Origin: Alphaproteobacteria bacterium
GTDB taxonomy: Bacteria; Pseudomonadota; Alphaproteobacteria; SP197
Reading direction: 5' to 3'
Length of the DNA stretch: 64,000 nt
NCBI GenBank assembly: GCA_964291415.2
Contig: OZ219917.1
Span: 832,001 to 896,000, forward strand
Shown: positions 1-9,010 of the stretch, piece by piece
Numbering within the stretch: the stretch's first letter is position 1
How the letters are laid out: each line of letters opens with the position of its first letter
Program-made: the position numbers and the translations under genes
Notes under the pieces: generated by a model
What the model saw: the letters and a program-made list of their open reading frames with translations, nothing else
What the model was told of the DNA's origin: nothing
Database searches by the model: none

Positions 1-1
1 A

Positions 2-601
2 GGAGCCCGACCGCTCCTGATCCTGCGCACAATGGGACCGGTAGACTTCGTCTTCGACATTCTCGATACGGAGGGCAAGGAGGTACCTGCCGGCGCCTTC
101 GCCTTTCCGACTTTGGGAAATCTGACCGAAGCCCGGTTCGCCAGAATCATCGAGTCAGTTGAAAGGGAGAAAATCGAGATCGTTCAACTCGATGCCGGTG
201 ATGCGCAGGCCGGATGGATCCGGCCGCTGATGCGATCACAGTCGCCCAGAGGCAAGAATCTCTATCGACTTGGCTACAATCGCAACCATCCTCCACCGAC
301 CCGGTTCGTGACGATCGCCCATGAACTCGCACATCTCTATCTCGGCCATTTGGGTCGAGATGGCGGGCGACGGGTCGCGGATCGGCGAGCAACTCCTGAG
401 GATCTCATGGAGATCGAGGCTGAAACCGCAGCCTACCTGGTCGCACGGCGCAACGGGTTGTGGCCGCGAAGTCAGAGTTATCTCGCGCAGTACCAGGGAG
501 CATTCGACCGCCTTAACCTCTACGCCATCATGCGCGCGGCGAACGCCGTGGAGACGGCAATGGGCATTTCCGCCCAGAAACTGTGGAACGAGAAAGCGTG
601 A
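2..601 (+). CDS. ImmA/IrrE-like Zn metallopeptidase-domain protein (5' truncated by window edge)
   Basis: Frame is open from position 2 (GARPLLILRTMGPVDFVFD...); HELAH zincin motif and downstream E.EAE..AYLV typical of ImmA/IrrE/ArdC-related proteins. Confidence 0.75.
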   Translation, partial: GARPLLILRTMGPVDFVFDILDTEGKEVPAGAFAFPTLGNLTEARFARIIESVEREKIEIVQLDAGDAQAGWIRPLMRSQSPRGKNLYRLGYNRNHPPPTRFVTIAHELAHLYLGHLGRDGGRRVADRRATPEDLMEIEAETAAYLVARRNGLWPRSQSYLAQYQGAFDRLNLYAIMRAANAVETAMGISAQKLWNEKA

Positions 602-624
602 TTCAGTGCTCGCGGAGCAGAGGA

Positions 625-660
625 TTGACACCGTAGTATTTGTGCACGTATCCTGTGCAA
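625..660 (+). promoter_or_regulatory. Putative sigma70 promoter and operator of TA operon
   Basis: TTGACA(625-630)-N18-TATCCT(649-654); inverted repeat TGCAC...GTGCA overlaps the -10; ATG at 661 with no RBS suggests a leaderless mRNA. Confidence 0.5.
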
Positions 661-885
661 ATGAACGTGACCCTTTCCATTGACGAACGTCTTGTGGCTG
701 AGGCCAGGCGCCTGGCGGCAAACCGAGGCACCACCCTCAATCAGTTGATCCGGGACTACCTCGTTACGCTGACCCAGGTGGACGACATGCAGACGGTCGT
801 CTCGCAACTGGAGGATCTCTGGGCCTCAGGCGACTACCGGTCCGACGCAGACTGGAGCCGCGACGAACTCCATGAACGGTCGTGA
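661..885 (+). CDS. Ribbon-helix-helix antitoxin (DUF6364/CopG-like)
   Basis: MNVTLSIDERLVAEARRLAANRGTTLNQLIRDYL RHH pattern, C-terminal W.RDELHER; overlaps downstream PIN gene. Confidence 0.8.
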   Translation: MNVTLSIDERLVAEARRLAANRGTTLNQLIRDYLVTLTQVDDMQTVVSQLEDLWASGDYRSDADWSRDELHERS

Positions 886-1300
886 GTTTCTCGACACCAA
901 TGTACTCGTCTACGCCGAGGACAGCCGAGATACCATCAAGCAAACCCAGGCTCGGGATCTGATTCGCGCGCTGCTTCTCGAACGTCGTGGCGTCATTTCG
1001 CTGCAGGTCCTGCAGGAGTTCCACGTGGTGGCCACCCGCAAACTGAACATGGACCCGGAAGCAGCCAGGCGCCGGATATTGCGCTACTCGAGATTCGAGA
1101 TCGTCCCTCTGCAGTTCCCCGACCTTCTGTCAGCAATCGATCTGCAGCAACTGCACAACCTGTCCTTCTGGGACGCGCTCATCGTCAAGGCCGCACTGAA
1201 CGGTTCCTGCAAGGTGCTTCACTCGGAAGACATGCACTCCGGTCACGTCATCGAAACCCTGGCATTGAACAATCCATTTTCGTCTCCCGTCATGCCCTAG
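872..1300 (+). CDS. vapC: PIN-domain (VapC-like) toxin
   Basis: FLDTNVLVY, QVLQEF, LSFWDALI, SED motifs. Confidence 0.9.
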   Translation: MNGREFLDTNVLVYAEDSRDTIKQTQARDLIRALLLERRGVISLQVLQEFHVVATRKLNMDPEAARRRILRYSRFEIVPLQFPDLLSAIDLQQLHNLSFWDALIVKAALNGSCKVLHSEDMHSGHVIETLALNNPFSSPVMP

Positions 1301-2732
1301 GATCGCGAAACTGCGGCTTCGGCATATCGCGACCGAACCAGGGCTGCGCCGCCTCGAAGGCCAGGGCGGCGCGAAACACGCTGACATCGTCAAAGGGCCG
1401 ACCGACGATCTGCATGCCGGTCGGTACGCCGTTCGCGGCGAAGCCGGAGGGAACGCTCGCTACGGGAAGCTGGCTCAAGGCATTGAAGGGATAGGTCAGG
1501 CACCAGCCCATGTAGGGATCGACCGGATACCCGTTGATTTCCAACCGGGAATCGAAGATCGAATGGTCCGCGGCCACCGACGGAACGCCGAGGGTCGGAC
1601 AGATCATGACGTTGTAACGCTTCATGACAGGCGAGAGCTTCAACCACATCTCGGCACGTATGGAGTGCGTGGCGAAGAGGTCACACGCGCTGTAGGCCAT
1701 ACCCTGCTCGGCGTCGCGCACCGAGTCCGGCAGAATTTCGTACCGCCATTGCATCAGGTGGGGCGCCAGGGATTGCGCCACCCCCGCCTTGCTCTGGATT
1801 TCCCACGGCACAACAGAACTCGATGTCCAATCGAGTTTCACTTCGTCGACCTCGCACCCGAGATCCCGGAACACCGCGGCCGCGCGCAGCGTCATGCGCT
1901 CCACCTCGGGGTCGACATGCTTGTAGCCAAGATCGATGGAGAGCGCTATTTTCCAGCCCTTGACCGAGCCCGGTTTGTCCGGAACGACGACCCGGCCGGG
2001 CAGCGAGGTCAGATCGTCCCGGTGCTGGCCCGACATGACATTCTGCATGGCCGCCCCATCCGAGACGGCCCGGGTCATCGGGCCGTAATGGCAATAGGAG
2101 TCGAAGGATCCCGGCGTGTCCTGGGGATTGCGGCCGTAGGGCGGCTTGTAGCCGAACACGCCACAGGCCGAGGCGGGAACGCGGATCGAGCCACCATAGT
2201 CGGAGCCGTCCGCTAGGGGAGTCATGCCGGCTGCGAGCGCTGCGCCCGAACCGCCTGAGGAACCCCCGGGACTCATGGCCAGGTTCCAGGGATTGCGGGT
2301 GATACCCCACTGCGTGCTGTGGCATACCGTGGCAATGCCGAGCTCCGAACTGGCCGAACGGGCGAGCAGGATCGCACCGGCACGCAAGAGGCGGTCGACG
2401 GTCGGCAGGCTGTGCGTATCCCGATGGTTCGCGAAGATTTTGCAACTCTGTGACGTGATGTGGCCCTTGATGGCATGCAGGTCCTTGATCATCACAGGCA
2501 AACCTTCCAGACGCCGTATCCTGGAACCGGAGCGCATGAACCTGGTTTCGGCCTCCTTGGCCTGATCCAGGGCCCTGTCGTGGAACGTGTGGGTTGTCGC
2601 ATTGATCCCGGGCTCGACATCCTCATGGCGCGAAACGAGCGCGTTGACATACTCGACGGGCGACAAGGTACGCTCCCTGAAGCGCTTCATCACTTCGGTC
2701 GCCGGCATGTAACAAAGCTCGGTGTCGATCAT
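1290..2732 (-). CDS. Amidase signature family protein
   Basis: IKD lysine, GGSSGGS, GSDYGGSIRVPAS; start re-placed at ATG 2732 after GGAGGAG. Confidence 0.92.
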   Translation of the reverse strand: MIDTELCYMPATEVMKRFRERTLSPVEYVNALVSRHEDVEPGINATTHTFHDRALDQAKEAETRFMRSGSRIRRLEGLPVMIKDLHAIKGHITSQSCKIFANHRDTHSLPTVDRLLRAGAILLARSASSELGIATVCHSTQWGITRNPWNLAMSPGGSSGGSGAALAAGMTPLADGSDYGGSIRVPASACGVFGYKPPYGRNPQDTPGSFDSYCHYGPMTRAVSDGAAMQNVMSGQHRDDLTSLPGRVVVPDKPGSVKGWKIALSIDLGYKHVDPEVERMTLRAAAVFRDLGCEVDEVKLDWTSSSVVPWEIQSKAGVAQSLAPHLMQWRYEILPDSVRDAEQGMAYSACDLFATHSIRAEMWLKLSPVMKRYNVMICPTLGVPSVAADHSIFDSRLEINGYPVDPYMGWCLTYPFNALSQLPVASVPSGFAANGVPTGMQIVGRPFDDVSVFRAALAFEAAQPWFGRDMPKPQFRDPRA

Positions 2733-2785
2733 CTTCTCCTCCTCCGGTTTCGCCGTTGGCGCCAGCCGAACCCGGCGGCCGTGGT

Positions 2786-3727
2786 TCACGCTTCGCCGAC
2801 GTCCTCGGCACGGTGGCAGGCGCTGTGCCCCTCCCCGATCTGGCGGAGCACGGGCTTTTGGGCGACGCATCGTTCGATCGCCCAGGGACAGTTCTCGCTG
2901 AAGAGGCAGCCTTTCGCGTCGCCGCCGTCGACCAGGCCCCGGAACGTGAAGGCGGCGCGGTCACGTTCCGCGATGGTCAGCCGCAGGACCCGGCTGTAGG
3001 GATGCCTGGGCTTGTCATAGAACGTTCTGGCGGAAGCCTGCTCCACCAGTTCACCCCGATACATGACCGCGATGTCGTGAGCCACGTATCGCGTGACGGC
3101 GATGTCATGGGAGATGAAGAGAGCGGCGAAACCCTCGCTGGCCTGCAGGTCTCTGATCAGATTGAGCACCTGGCTCTGGATCGAAACGTCCAGGGCACTC
3201 ACGGCCTCGTCGAAAACCACGAATCTCGGATTCGTGATGAGCGCCCGGGCGATGGCCAGGCGCTGGCGTTGTCCGCCGGAAAGTTCGTGCGGATAGCGAT
3301 TGGCAAGGACGGGTTCGAGTCCGACCTTGGCCAGCATGTCGGCGACCGTCGCAGGGACTTCGCTGGAGGGCAGGGAACGGGCAATCCGAAGCGGCTCCGC
3401 GACGGAGACACCGACCCGCAGCCGCGGGTTGAGCGCCCATTCCGGATTCTGGAGGACCACCGCAAGGCTCCCCCTGAGGCGGTGTCGGTTCCGCGGCAAG
3501 GGTTCGCCGTTGAACTGCACGAATCCTTCGGTGGGCCGCATCATTCCGAGGCACAGCTTGCCCAGTGTCGTCTTTCCCGATCCCGATTCGCCGACGAGTC
3601 CCAGTGTCCGGCCCCGCTCGATCGCGAGCGTCACGCCCGACACCGCCCTGACGCTGGCGGAATCCCTGAGCCGCCGCGAAGCGTACGTCGCCGATACGCC
3701 CCCCAGGTAGATGACCGGCGGTTTCAC
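2786..3727 (-). CDS. Oligopeptide/dipeptide ABC transporter ATP-binding protein (DppF/OppF-like)
   Basis: GESGSGKT, LSGGQRQR, HPY and C-terminal Cys-rich oligo_HPY region; GTG start approximate. Confidence 0.88.
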   Translation of the reverse strand: MKPPVIYLGGVSATYASRRLRDSASVRAVSGVTLAIERGRTLGLVGESGSGKTTLGKLCLGMMRPTEGFVQFNGEPLPRNRHRLRGSLAVVLQNPEWALNPRLRVGVSVAEPLRIARSLPSSEVPATVADMLAKVGLEPVLANRYPHELSGGQRQRLAIARALITNPRFVVFDEAVSALDVSIQSQVLNLIRDLQASEGFAALFISHDIAVTRYVAHDIAVMYRGELVEQASARTFYDKPRHPYSRVLRLTIAERDRAAFTFRGLVDGGDAKGCLFSENCPWAIERCVAQKPVLRQIGEGHSACHRAEDVGEA

Positions 3728-3737
3728 CGGCGTTGAC

Positions 3738-4706
3738 CTAGGCACCGGACCGGCATGCCAGCACCTCCTCGGCCCGGTGGCACAGGACGGATCGGTTGCC
3801 GGCGTGTTGCAACTCGGGTCGCACCTCGTTGCACAGGTCCTTCGTCCAGCCGCAACGAGGCGCAAAGGCGCATCCCCGGCTGCTCTCCGTGATGACCGGC
3901 GGGAGGCCCTGTATCGGCCGGAGCCGCCCGTCCGGTCCTTCGGCACCAGGCGCCGATTCGAGAAGTGCGCGAGTGTAGGGATGTGCCTGCCGGTGAAACA
4001 GGGTCTCTCCTTGTGCGTACTCCACGATCCGGCCGCCATACATGACGGCGACATGGCGACAGTAGCGGGACACGACATGCAGATCGTGACTCAGCAGCAC
4101 CAGCGACGCGCCCGTGGCGCCGCACATCGACATCAGCAACTCGAGTATCTGGTCGCGAAGCCACGCGTCGAGCGACGCCGTGGGTTCGTCGGCGACAATC
4201 AGACGGGGATTTCGGGCGATGGCCATCCCGATGGCGGCACGCTGCGCCATACCCCCGGACAGCTCGTGGGGGAAACTCTGCTCGATCCGCCCCGCGCCGG
4301 CCAGCCCGACCCTTGACAGCAAGGCACGGACGCTGTCGCGGGTCGCCCTCGGACCGATGGCCCGCGCCAGCTGCCGGCCGATTCTCATCGTCGGATCGAG
4401 TGCGGTCATGGGATTCTGGAAGACGAAACCCAGCGCGTCGCGCCGCAGCCTGCGCAGGCGCTCGTCATCGCCTCCGAAGACCGAGAGGTCGAGCACACTC
4501 AGATCGCCCGACAGGCGAAGGGCATTCCAGGGCAGCAGCCGGCCGATCGCCAGGCCCAGTGTGCTCTTGCCGGATCCGCTCTCCCCCACGATACCGAGCG
4601 TCTCGCCGGCTTCCAGGTCGAGACTGACTCCGTCCAGCGCGACCACCCTGCCGCGCGGCGTGTCGTAGACCACGACGAGATCGCGCACCTCGAGAAGTGA
4701 CGTCAT
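3738..4706 (-). CDS. Oligopeptide/dipeptide ABC transporter ATP-binding protein (DppD/OppD-like)
   Basis: MTSLLEVRDL start, GESGSGKS, LSGGMAQR, DEPT, HPYT. Confidence 0.9.
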   Translation of the reverse strand: MTSLLEVRDLVVVYDTPRGRVVALDGVSLDLEAGETLGIVGESGSGKSTLGLAIGRLLPWNALRLSGDLSVLDLSVFGGDDERLRRLRRDALGFVFQNPMTALDPTMRIGRQLARAIGPRATRDSVRALLSRVGLAGAGRIEQSFPHELSGGMAQRAAIGMAIARNPRLIVADEPTASLDAWLRDQILELLMSMCGATGASLVLLSHDLHVVSRYCRHVAVMYGGRIVEYAQGETLFHRQAHPYTRALLESAPGAEGPDGRLRPIQGLPPVITESSRGCAFAPRCGWTKDLCNEVRPELQHAGNRSVLCHRAEEVLACRSGA

Positions 4707-5566
4707 CGCAGCGACCGGCCCCTGAGCGGGTCCATCAGATCGCGCAGACCGTCTCCCAGCAGGTTCACGGACAGGATCGCCGCGGCCAACAGCAGGCCGG
4801 CCGGAAAGACCAGCCATGGCGCCGCCGTAAGATAGACGCTCCCCAGGCGAAGCAGGGATCCCAGGGAAGCGTCGGGTGGCTGGACGCCCAGACCCAGGAA
4901 GCTCAGCTCGCTTTCGACAAGCATGCCGATCGACAAGGCGTAGGTGAGTTGAACGATCACGGCGCCGAGCACGTTGGGTAGCAGGTGGAAGACGATGACG
5001 CGAAGGAACCCCGCTCCGCTGACCTCGGCGGCGATCACGTAGGAGCGCTCGACGATGCTGAGCGCCACGGCTCGCACCACGCGCACGAAGAGAGGCAAGG
5101 TGATCAGAGAGATGGCAATGATCGCCGAAGTGCCCCCCGGTTCCAGCACCGCGGCGATCAGGATGCCGAGCAGCAAGGGCGGGAACGCGAACAAGACATC
5201 CACCAGGCGCATGATCGCGACATCCACGATCCCGCCGGCATACGCGGCCGTCAGTCCGACGAGGGTGCCGAGAATGCCGGTGAGGATCACGGCCATGCTG
5301 GCCAAGAGGAAAGTCGCGCGAAGCCCTTCGATGATTCGCGGCAGCGCGGACCGGCCGAGTTCGTCGGTACCGAGAAGCCAGTCGGCTGCCGGTGCCGCCA
5401 GGCGCGGTCCAACCCCGATCTCCTCGGCATCGCCCAGTGGAAGCACCGGACCTATCAATCCGAGTAGCACCAGGCTGGCGAAGAGAACGGCACCGATGCC
5501 CGACAGGCGGTCGCGCCGGGCGAAGTCCAGGATGTTGGCGAAGGGCCCCCTGACGATCAGGTTCAC
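4703..5566 (-). CDS. ABC transporter permease (DppC/OppC-like)
   Basis: LLGTDELGR, EAA-like loop, LSFLGLG.QPP. Confidence 0.9.
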   Translation of the reverse strand: MNLIVRGPFANILDFARRDRLSGIGAVLFASLVLLGLIGPVLPLGDAEEIGVGPRLAAPAADWLLGTDELGRSALPRIIEGLRATFLLASMAVILTGILGTLVGLTAAYAGGIVDVAIMRLVDVLFAFPPLLLGILIAAVLEPGGTSAIIAISLITLPLFVRVVRAVALSIVERSYVIAAEVSGAGFLRVIVFHLLPNVLGAVIVQLTYALSIGMLVESELSFLGLGVQPPDASLGSLLRLGSVYLTAAPWLVFPAGLLLAAAILSVNLLGDGLRDLMDPLRGRSLR

Positions 5567-6528
5567 GACTGGCTCCTCTTTCCGCCAATTCGCGGATCGA
5601 TCAGGGCATAGACGATGTCGGCGAGGATGTTGATCGTGACGAAGACGGTTGCCGCCAGCAGGACGCCGGCCTGAACCGCAAGGTAGTCCCTGTTCCTGAC
5701 ACTCTGCACTACGTAGACGGCCACGCCCGGCACGGAGAACATCTGCTCGACGATAATCGCACCGCCGAGCAGATAGGCGAAAAACACGGTCGTCACGGTC
5801 ACGATCGGGATGGACGCATTCCGAAGGACATGGCTGCGAATGATGTCCGGCGGTCTGTCACCGCGCGCGACGGCGGCGGTGACATGCGTTTCAGCGGTGA
5901 CGCTGAGCACCGAGTCGCGAGTGGTTCGCTGAATGAGCGCCATGCCGAACACGCTCAACGTCACCACCGGGAGCGTCATGGCGCGCATGTTCGCCACGGG
6001 ATCCTCGAACAACGGCACGTAACCGCCGACCGTCAGGCCCAGCGACCATATGGAAAACATGAACACGAAAATGGTGCCGAGAACGAAGACGGGGACGCTC
6101 GCTCCTAGTGCGCCCACCAATCGCCCGGCAGCGCGTCCGAAATGACTGGTGCTCGTCACGCCGGAAGCGATTCCCATCGGCACGCCGACGGCGATCGCAA
6201 GAATCGTCGCCATCACGGCGAGCTGAATGGTCGCCGGAGCACGGCGAATGATCTCGGCCGCGACCGGCTGACCTGTGGTCAACGACGTGCCGAAGTCACC
6301 TCCCGCCGTCGCCGCGAGCCAGTGCAGGTACTGCTCGATCGCGGGTCGGTCCAGGCCGTACTTGGCCCTCACGATCGCCCGCGTCTCGGGAGTGCCGAAA
6401 GGACCGAGGATAACGTCCTCGTAGCTGCCCGGGACGAAGTGGACAGCCATGAAGACGATGATGGAAACCCCGAACAGGGTGACAAGCGCAATTCCCAGGC
6501 GAAACGCGATGAACCGAAAGATGCGCAA
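5563..6528 (-). CDS. ABC transporter permease (DppB/OppB-like)
   Basis: GLDRP..EQY, GDFGTS, HVLRNA, RDY..VQ; TTG start inferred. Confidence 0.88.
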   Translation of the reverse strand: MRIFRFIAFRLGIALVTLFGVSIIVFMAVHFVPGSYEDVILGPFGTPETRAIVRAKYGLDRPAIEQYLHWLAATAGGDFGTSLTTGQPVAAEIIRRAPATIQLAVMATILAIAVGVPMGIASGVTSTSHFGRAAGRLVGALGASVPVFVLGTIFVFMFSIWSLGLTVGGYVPLFEDPVANMRAMTLPVVTLSVFGMALIQRTTRDSVLSVTAETHVTAAVARGDRPPDIIRSHVLRNASIPIVTVTTVFFAYLLGGAIIVEQMFSVPGVAVYVVQSVRNRDYLAVQAGVLLAATVFVTINILADIVYALIDPRIGGKRSQS

Positions 6529-6595
6529 TCCGATTCTCCGCCTCTCTCGTGCCCCCGAGCCGGAACGCCGCCACCTCGAACGTGGCCTGACCTCC

Positions 6596-8164
6596 CTACG
6601 GTGCGATGCGGGCAAACTCCTCGATGTACCTCAACTCGTCCTCATAGCCTTCGGCCGGATGAATCTTCACTTCGACGAGATCATTGCGGTAGGCAATGAC
6701 GTTGTTCTTGTTGACAAGAGCCAGCATGTTCGCCCCGTCGTCGATCATCGTGCAGATCTCGGCGAAAAGGGCATCCCTTTCGGCGCCATCAGGCGTGCTC
6801 TGTGCTTCGGCGATCTTGTCGTTGAGTTCAGGCACCGAGACGAAGTAGTGAGCGTTCCATCCGGTTTTCTCCGGGTTCCACGATCCAAGAACGATGGCCG
6901 GATCGCCATAGCCTGAAAGCCACGTCACATTGAGATCGAAATCGCCGCGCACCCATACCGCGTCGATCCACTCCGCGTAACCGAGCTGACGGATGTTCAC
7001 GTTCATGTCGATGTCAGCGAGTTGCTGCTTGATCACCTGGGCGATCAACACGAGCGATGCCAGGTCAGATGTCGTCAGCATCTCGACCTCGACTCCCTCG
7101 GCCCCGGCCTCCGCCATCAGGGCCTGCGCCCTTTCAAGCCTCGATTCGCGCGTTCCTGAGTAGGAAGGAACGTCGGCGCAAACCTTCGATGAGGAGAACG
7201 TCCTCGGAAGCGGGTAGTCGACGGCGCCCATGCCGCCAAGCGCCACACGGCTGATCTCCTCGCGGTCAAGGGCAAGATTCATCGCCTGACGGACACGGAT
7301 ATCGTAGAAGGGCGACTCCTCGTCCAAGGCTTGAACATCGAGATTGTAGTAGCTCGCCGTCTCCTGCGTCACGACGGTGATGTTCTCATCGCCCTGGAGA
7401 AGGACCGGAAGATCCGGATTGACGAAAGTGCCGATGTCCGCACGCCCGTCGCGAAGCGCGGCGATTCTCGCCGACTCGTCCAGGATGATCAGGATTTTCA
7501 ACTCGTCGGCGACGGGCAGTCCCTCGCCCCAGTAGTGCGGGTTGGCCTGATAGGTCCAGGACTGGTCCTGCAGATGTTCCGTGACCATGAACGGACCGGA
7601 GCCCATCAGCTCCTTGGTCGGGTCGAACGTTCCCGCATTGTATTCCTCCATCGGCATGATCGCGGTGGAGACATGGGCAAGCGCTGCGAGCAGCTGCGTG
7701 TGCGGCGCGTCAAGCTCGATGCGCACCCCGTGGTCGCCTTCCGCGACGATCTCGCTGACGGGACCCAGATTGCCGGCCCACCACGAGCCGGTAGCGGGAT
7801 CGAGAACACGGTTCAGACTGCCGACGACATCGCTCGCGACAACGGGCCTGCCGTTGGAGAAGGCTGCGTTCTCGCGGAGTCGGAAGATATAGGTCGTGGG
7901 AGACATCTGTTCCCACGATTCGGCGATGCCGGGCTGGATGTCGAGAGTTTCTCCGGTTGTCACGAGCGTGTCGTAGACCGGAAAGAAGAACTTCCAGGTA
8001 TTGCCGTTGAAGTCCGTGTGCGGGTCGAGGGACTGCGCCTCGTCGGGCTTGGCCCAGGTAATCGTGCCGCCTTCCGCCAGGGAAGAACCGGCACCGGAAA
8101 TCAGCATCATCCCGGAAACCACCAGGAAACTGAACGTGATCAGGAACCTCTTTGCAAGATGCAT
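6596..8164 (-). CDS. ABC transporter substrate-binding protein, family 5
   Basis: Signal peptide, SLDP, YDTL, AESWE, F.LR....FSNG, GSGPF, VRQAMN.ALDR. Confidence 0.9.
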   Translation of the reverse strand: MHLAKRFLITFSFLVVSGMMLISGAGSSLAEGGTITWAKPDEAQSLDPHTDFNGNTWKFFFPVYDTLVTTGETLDIQPGIAESWEQMSPTTYIFRLRENAAFSNGRPVVASDVVGSLNRVLDPATGSWWAGNLGPVSEIVAEGDHGVRIELDAPHTQLLAALAHVSTAIMPMEEYNAGTFDPTKELMGSGPFMVTEHLQDQSWTYQANPHYWGEGLPVADELKILIILDESARIAALRDGRADIGTFVNPDLPVLLQGDENITVVTQETASYYNLDVQALDEESPFYDIRVRQAMNLALDREEISRVALGGMGAVDYPLPRTFSSSKVCADVPSYSGTRESRLERAQALMAEAGAEGVEVEMLTTSDLASLVLIAQVIKQQLADIDMNVNIRQLGYAEWIDAVWVRGDFDLNVTWLSGYGDPAIVLGSWNPEKTGWNAHYFVSVPELNDKIAEAQSTPDGAERDALFAEICTMIDDGANMLALVNKNNVIAYRNDLVEVKIHPAEGYEDELRYIEEFARIAP

Positions 8165-8679
8165 GGTGACAAACTCCCCTCTTGCCGACGCCCGCTTCAA
8201 AGTCGGGCTGACGAGCAGTTACCGCGGCCCGGTTGCCGGAGAGTGCGCTTTCGCGTCTTCCGCAGGCCCCGAGTATTGTTCGCTGTTTGCGCCGACGTTG
8301 AGATCAGGCAGGGACGAAGGGGCGCAACCCGCCACCATCAAGGCGGCCCTGCGGTGCGCACCATGGACCGTTCGCTGGTCCCCTTCGTAACAGGTTGTCA
8401 CGCGGTTCCCCCTGAATCACCCCGGGTACAGCTCCCCGGGTGATTGGTCGGCGCGCCAAGTCTATATCATTCGTCACGACCCGCAAAGCGCATTCACGGG
8501 CGGTATCCCTGTGGATGCCGGGGGCTGCTCATGCGTTATACTCGACCCGGGCCTTCCGTCTCGAGTGAGCCCTGTTGCTGCCTGGACTTCCGATATCAGG
8601 GAACGGGCGGAATCCGGGGGAGGTGAGGCCAGTCCGGACCGTCCGGTCTGCCGCGGGCGGCAAAGGGAGGATGGGCAAG

Positions 8680-8979
8680 ATGTACAAGATCGATCCGGCA
8701 CGCAAGGACCTGGTGGAGGAGTTTCGGGCCAACCCGGTGGGCAACCACAGCGCCGACCTCCAGCAGATGCTCAACGTGGTGCGCGCAGAACCGTTTCCCG
8801 GAAAGTACGTTCTGATTTGCATCAAGCCCCATCGCGAATGGGTGCTGGGCAGGCTCAGCGGGGTGCGCGGCGACCCGGTGGAGATTCTCGAGGACCGGGT
8901 GTTCACGCGCGCCGAAGATGCGGAGTGGGAGGTGTTCAGGCGACGTTGGAAAGCGCTGACCGGCGAATGCCTCGACTGA
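8680..8979 (+). CDS. N,N-dimethylformamidase small (alpha) subunit-like protein
   Basis: EEF..NP.G.HS..LQ..LN..R and AE..VF.RRW pattern; directly upstream of large subunit; GGGAGG RBS (alternative ATG 8671). Confidence 0.75.
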   Translation: MYKIDPARKDLVEEFRANPVGNHSADLQQMLNVVRAEPFPGKYVLICIKPHREWVLGRLSGVRGDPVEILEDRVFTRAEDAEWEVFRRRWKALTGECLD

Positions 8980-9010
8980 AGCATCCGTCCGATCGAAAGG
9001 GGGGAGGGCA

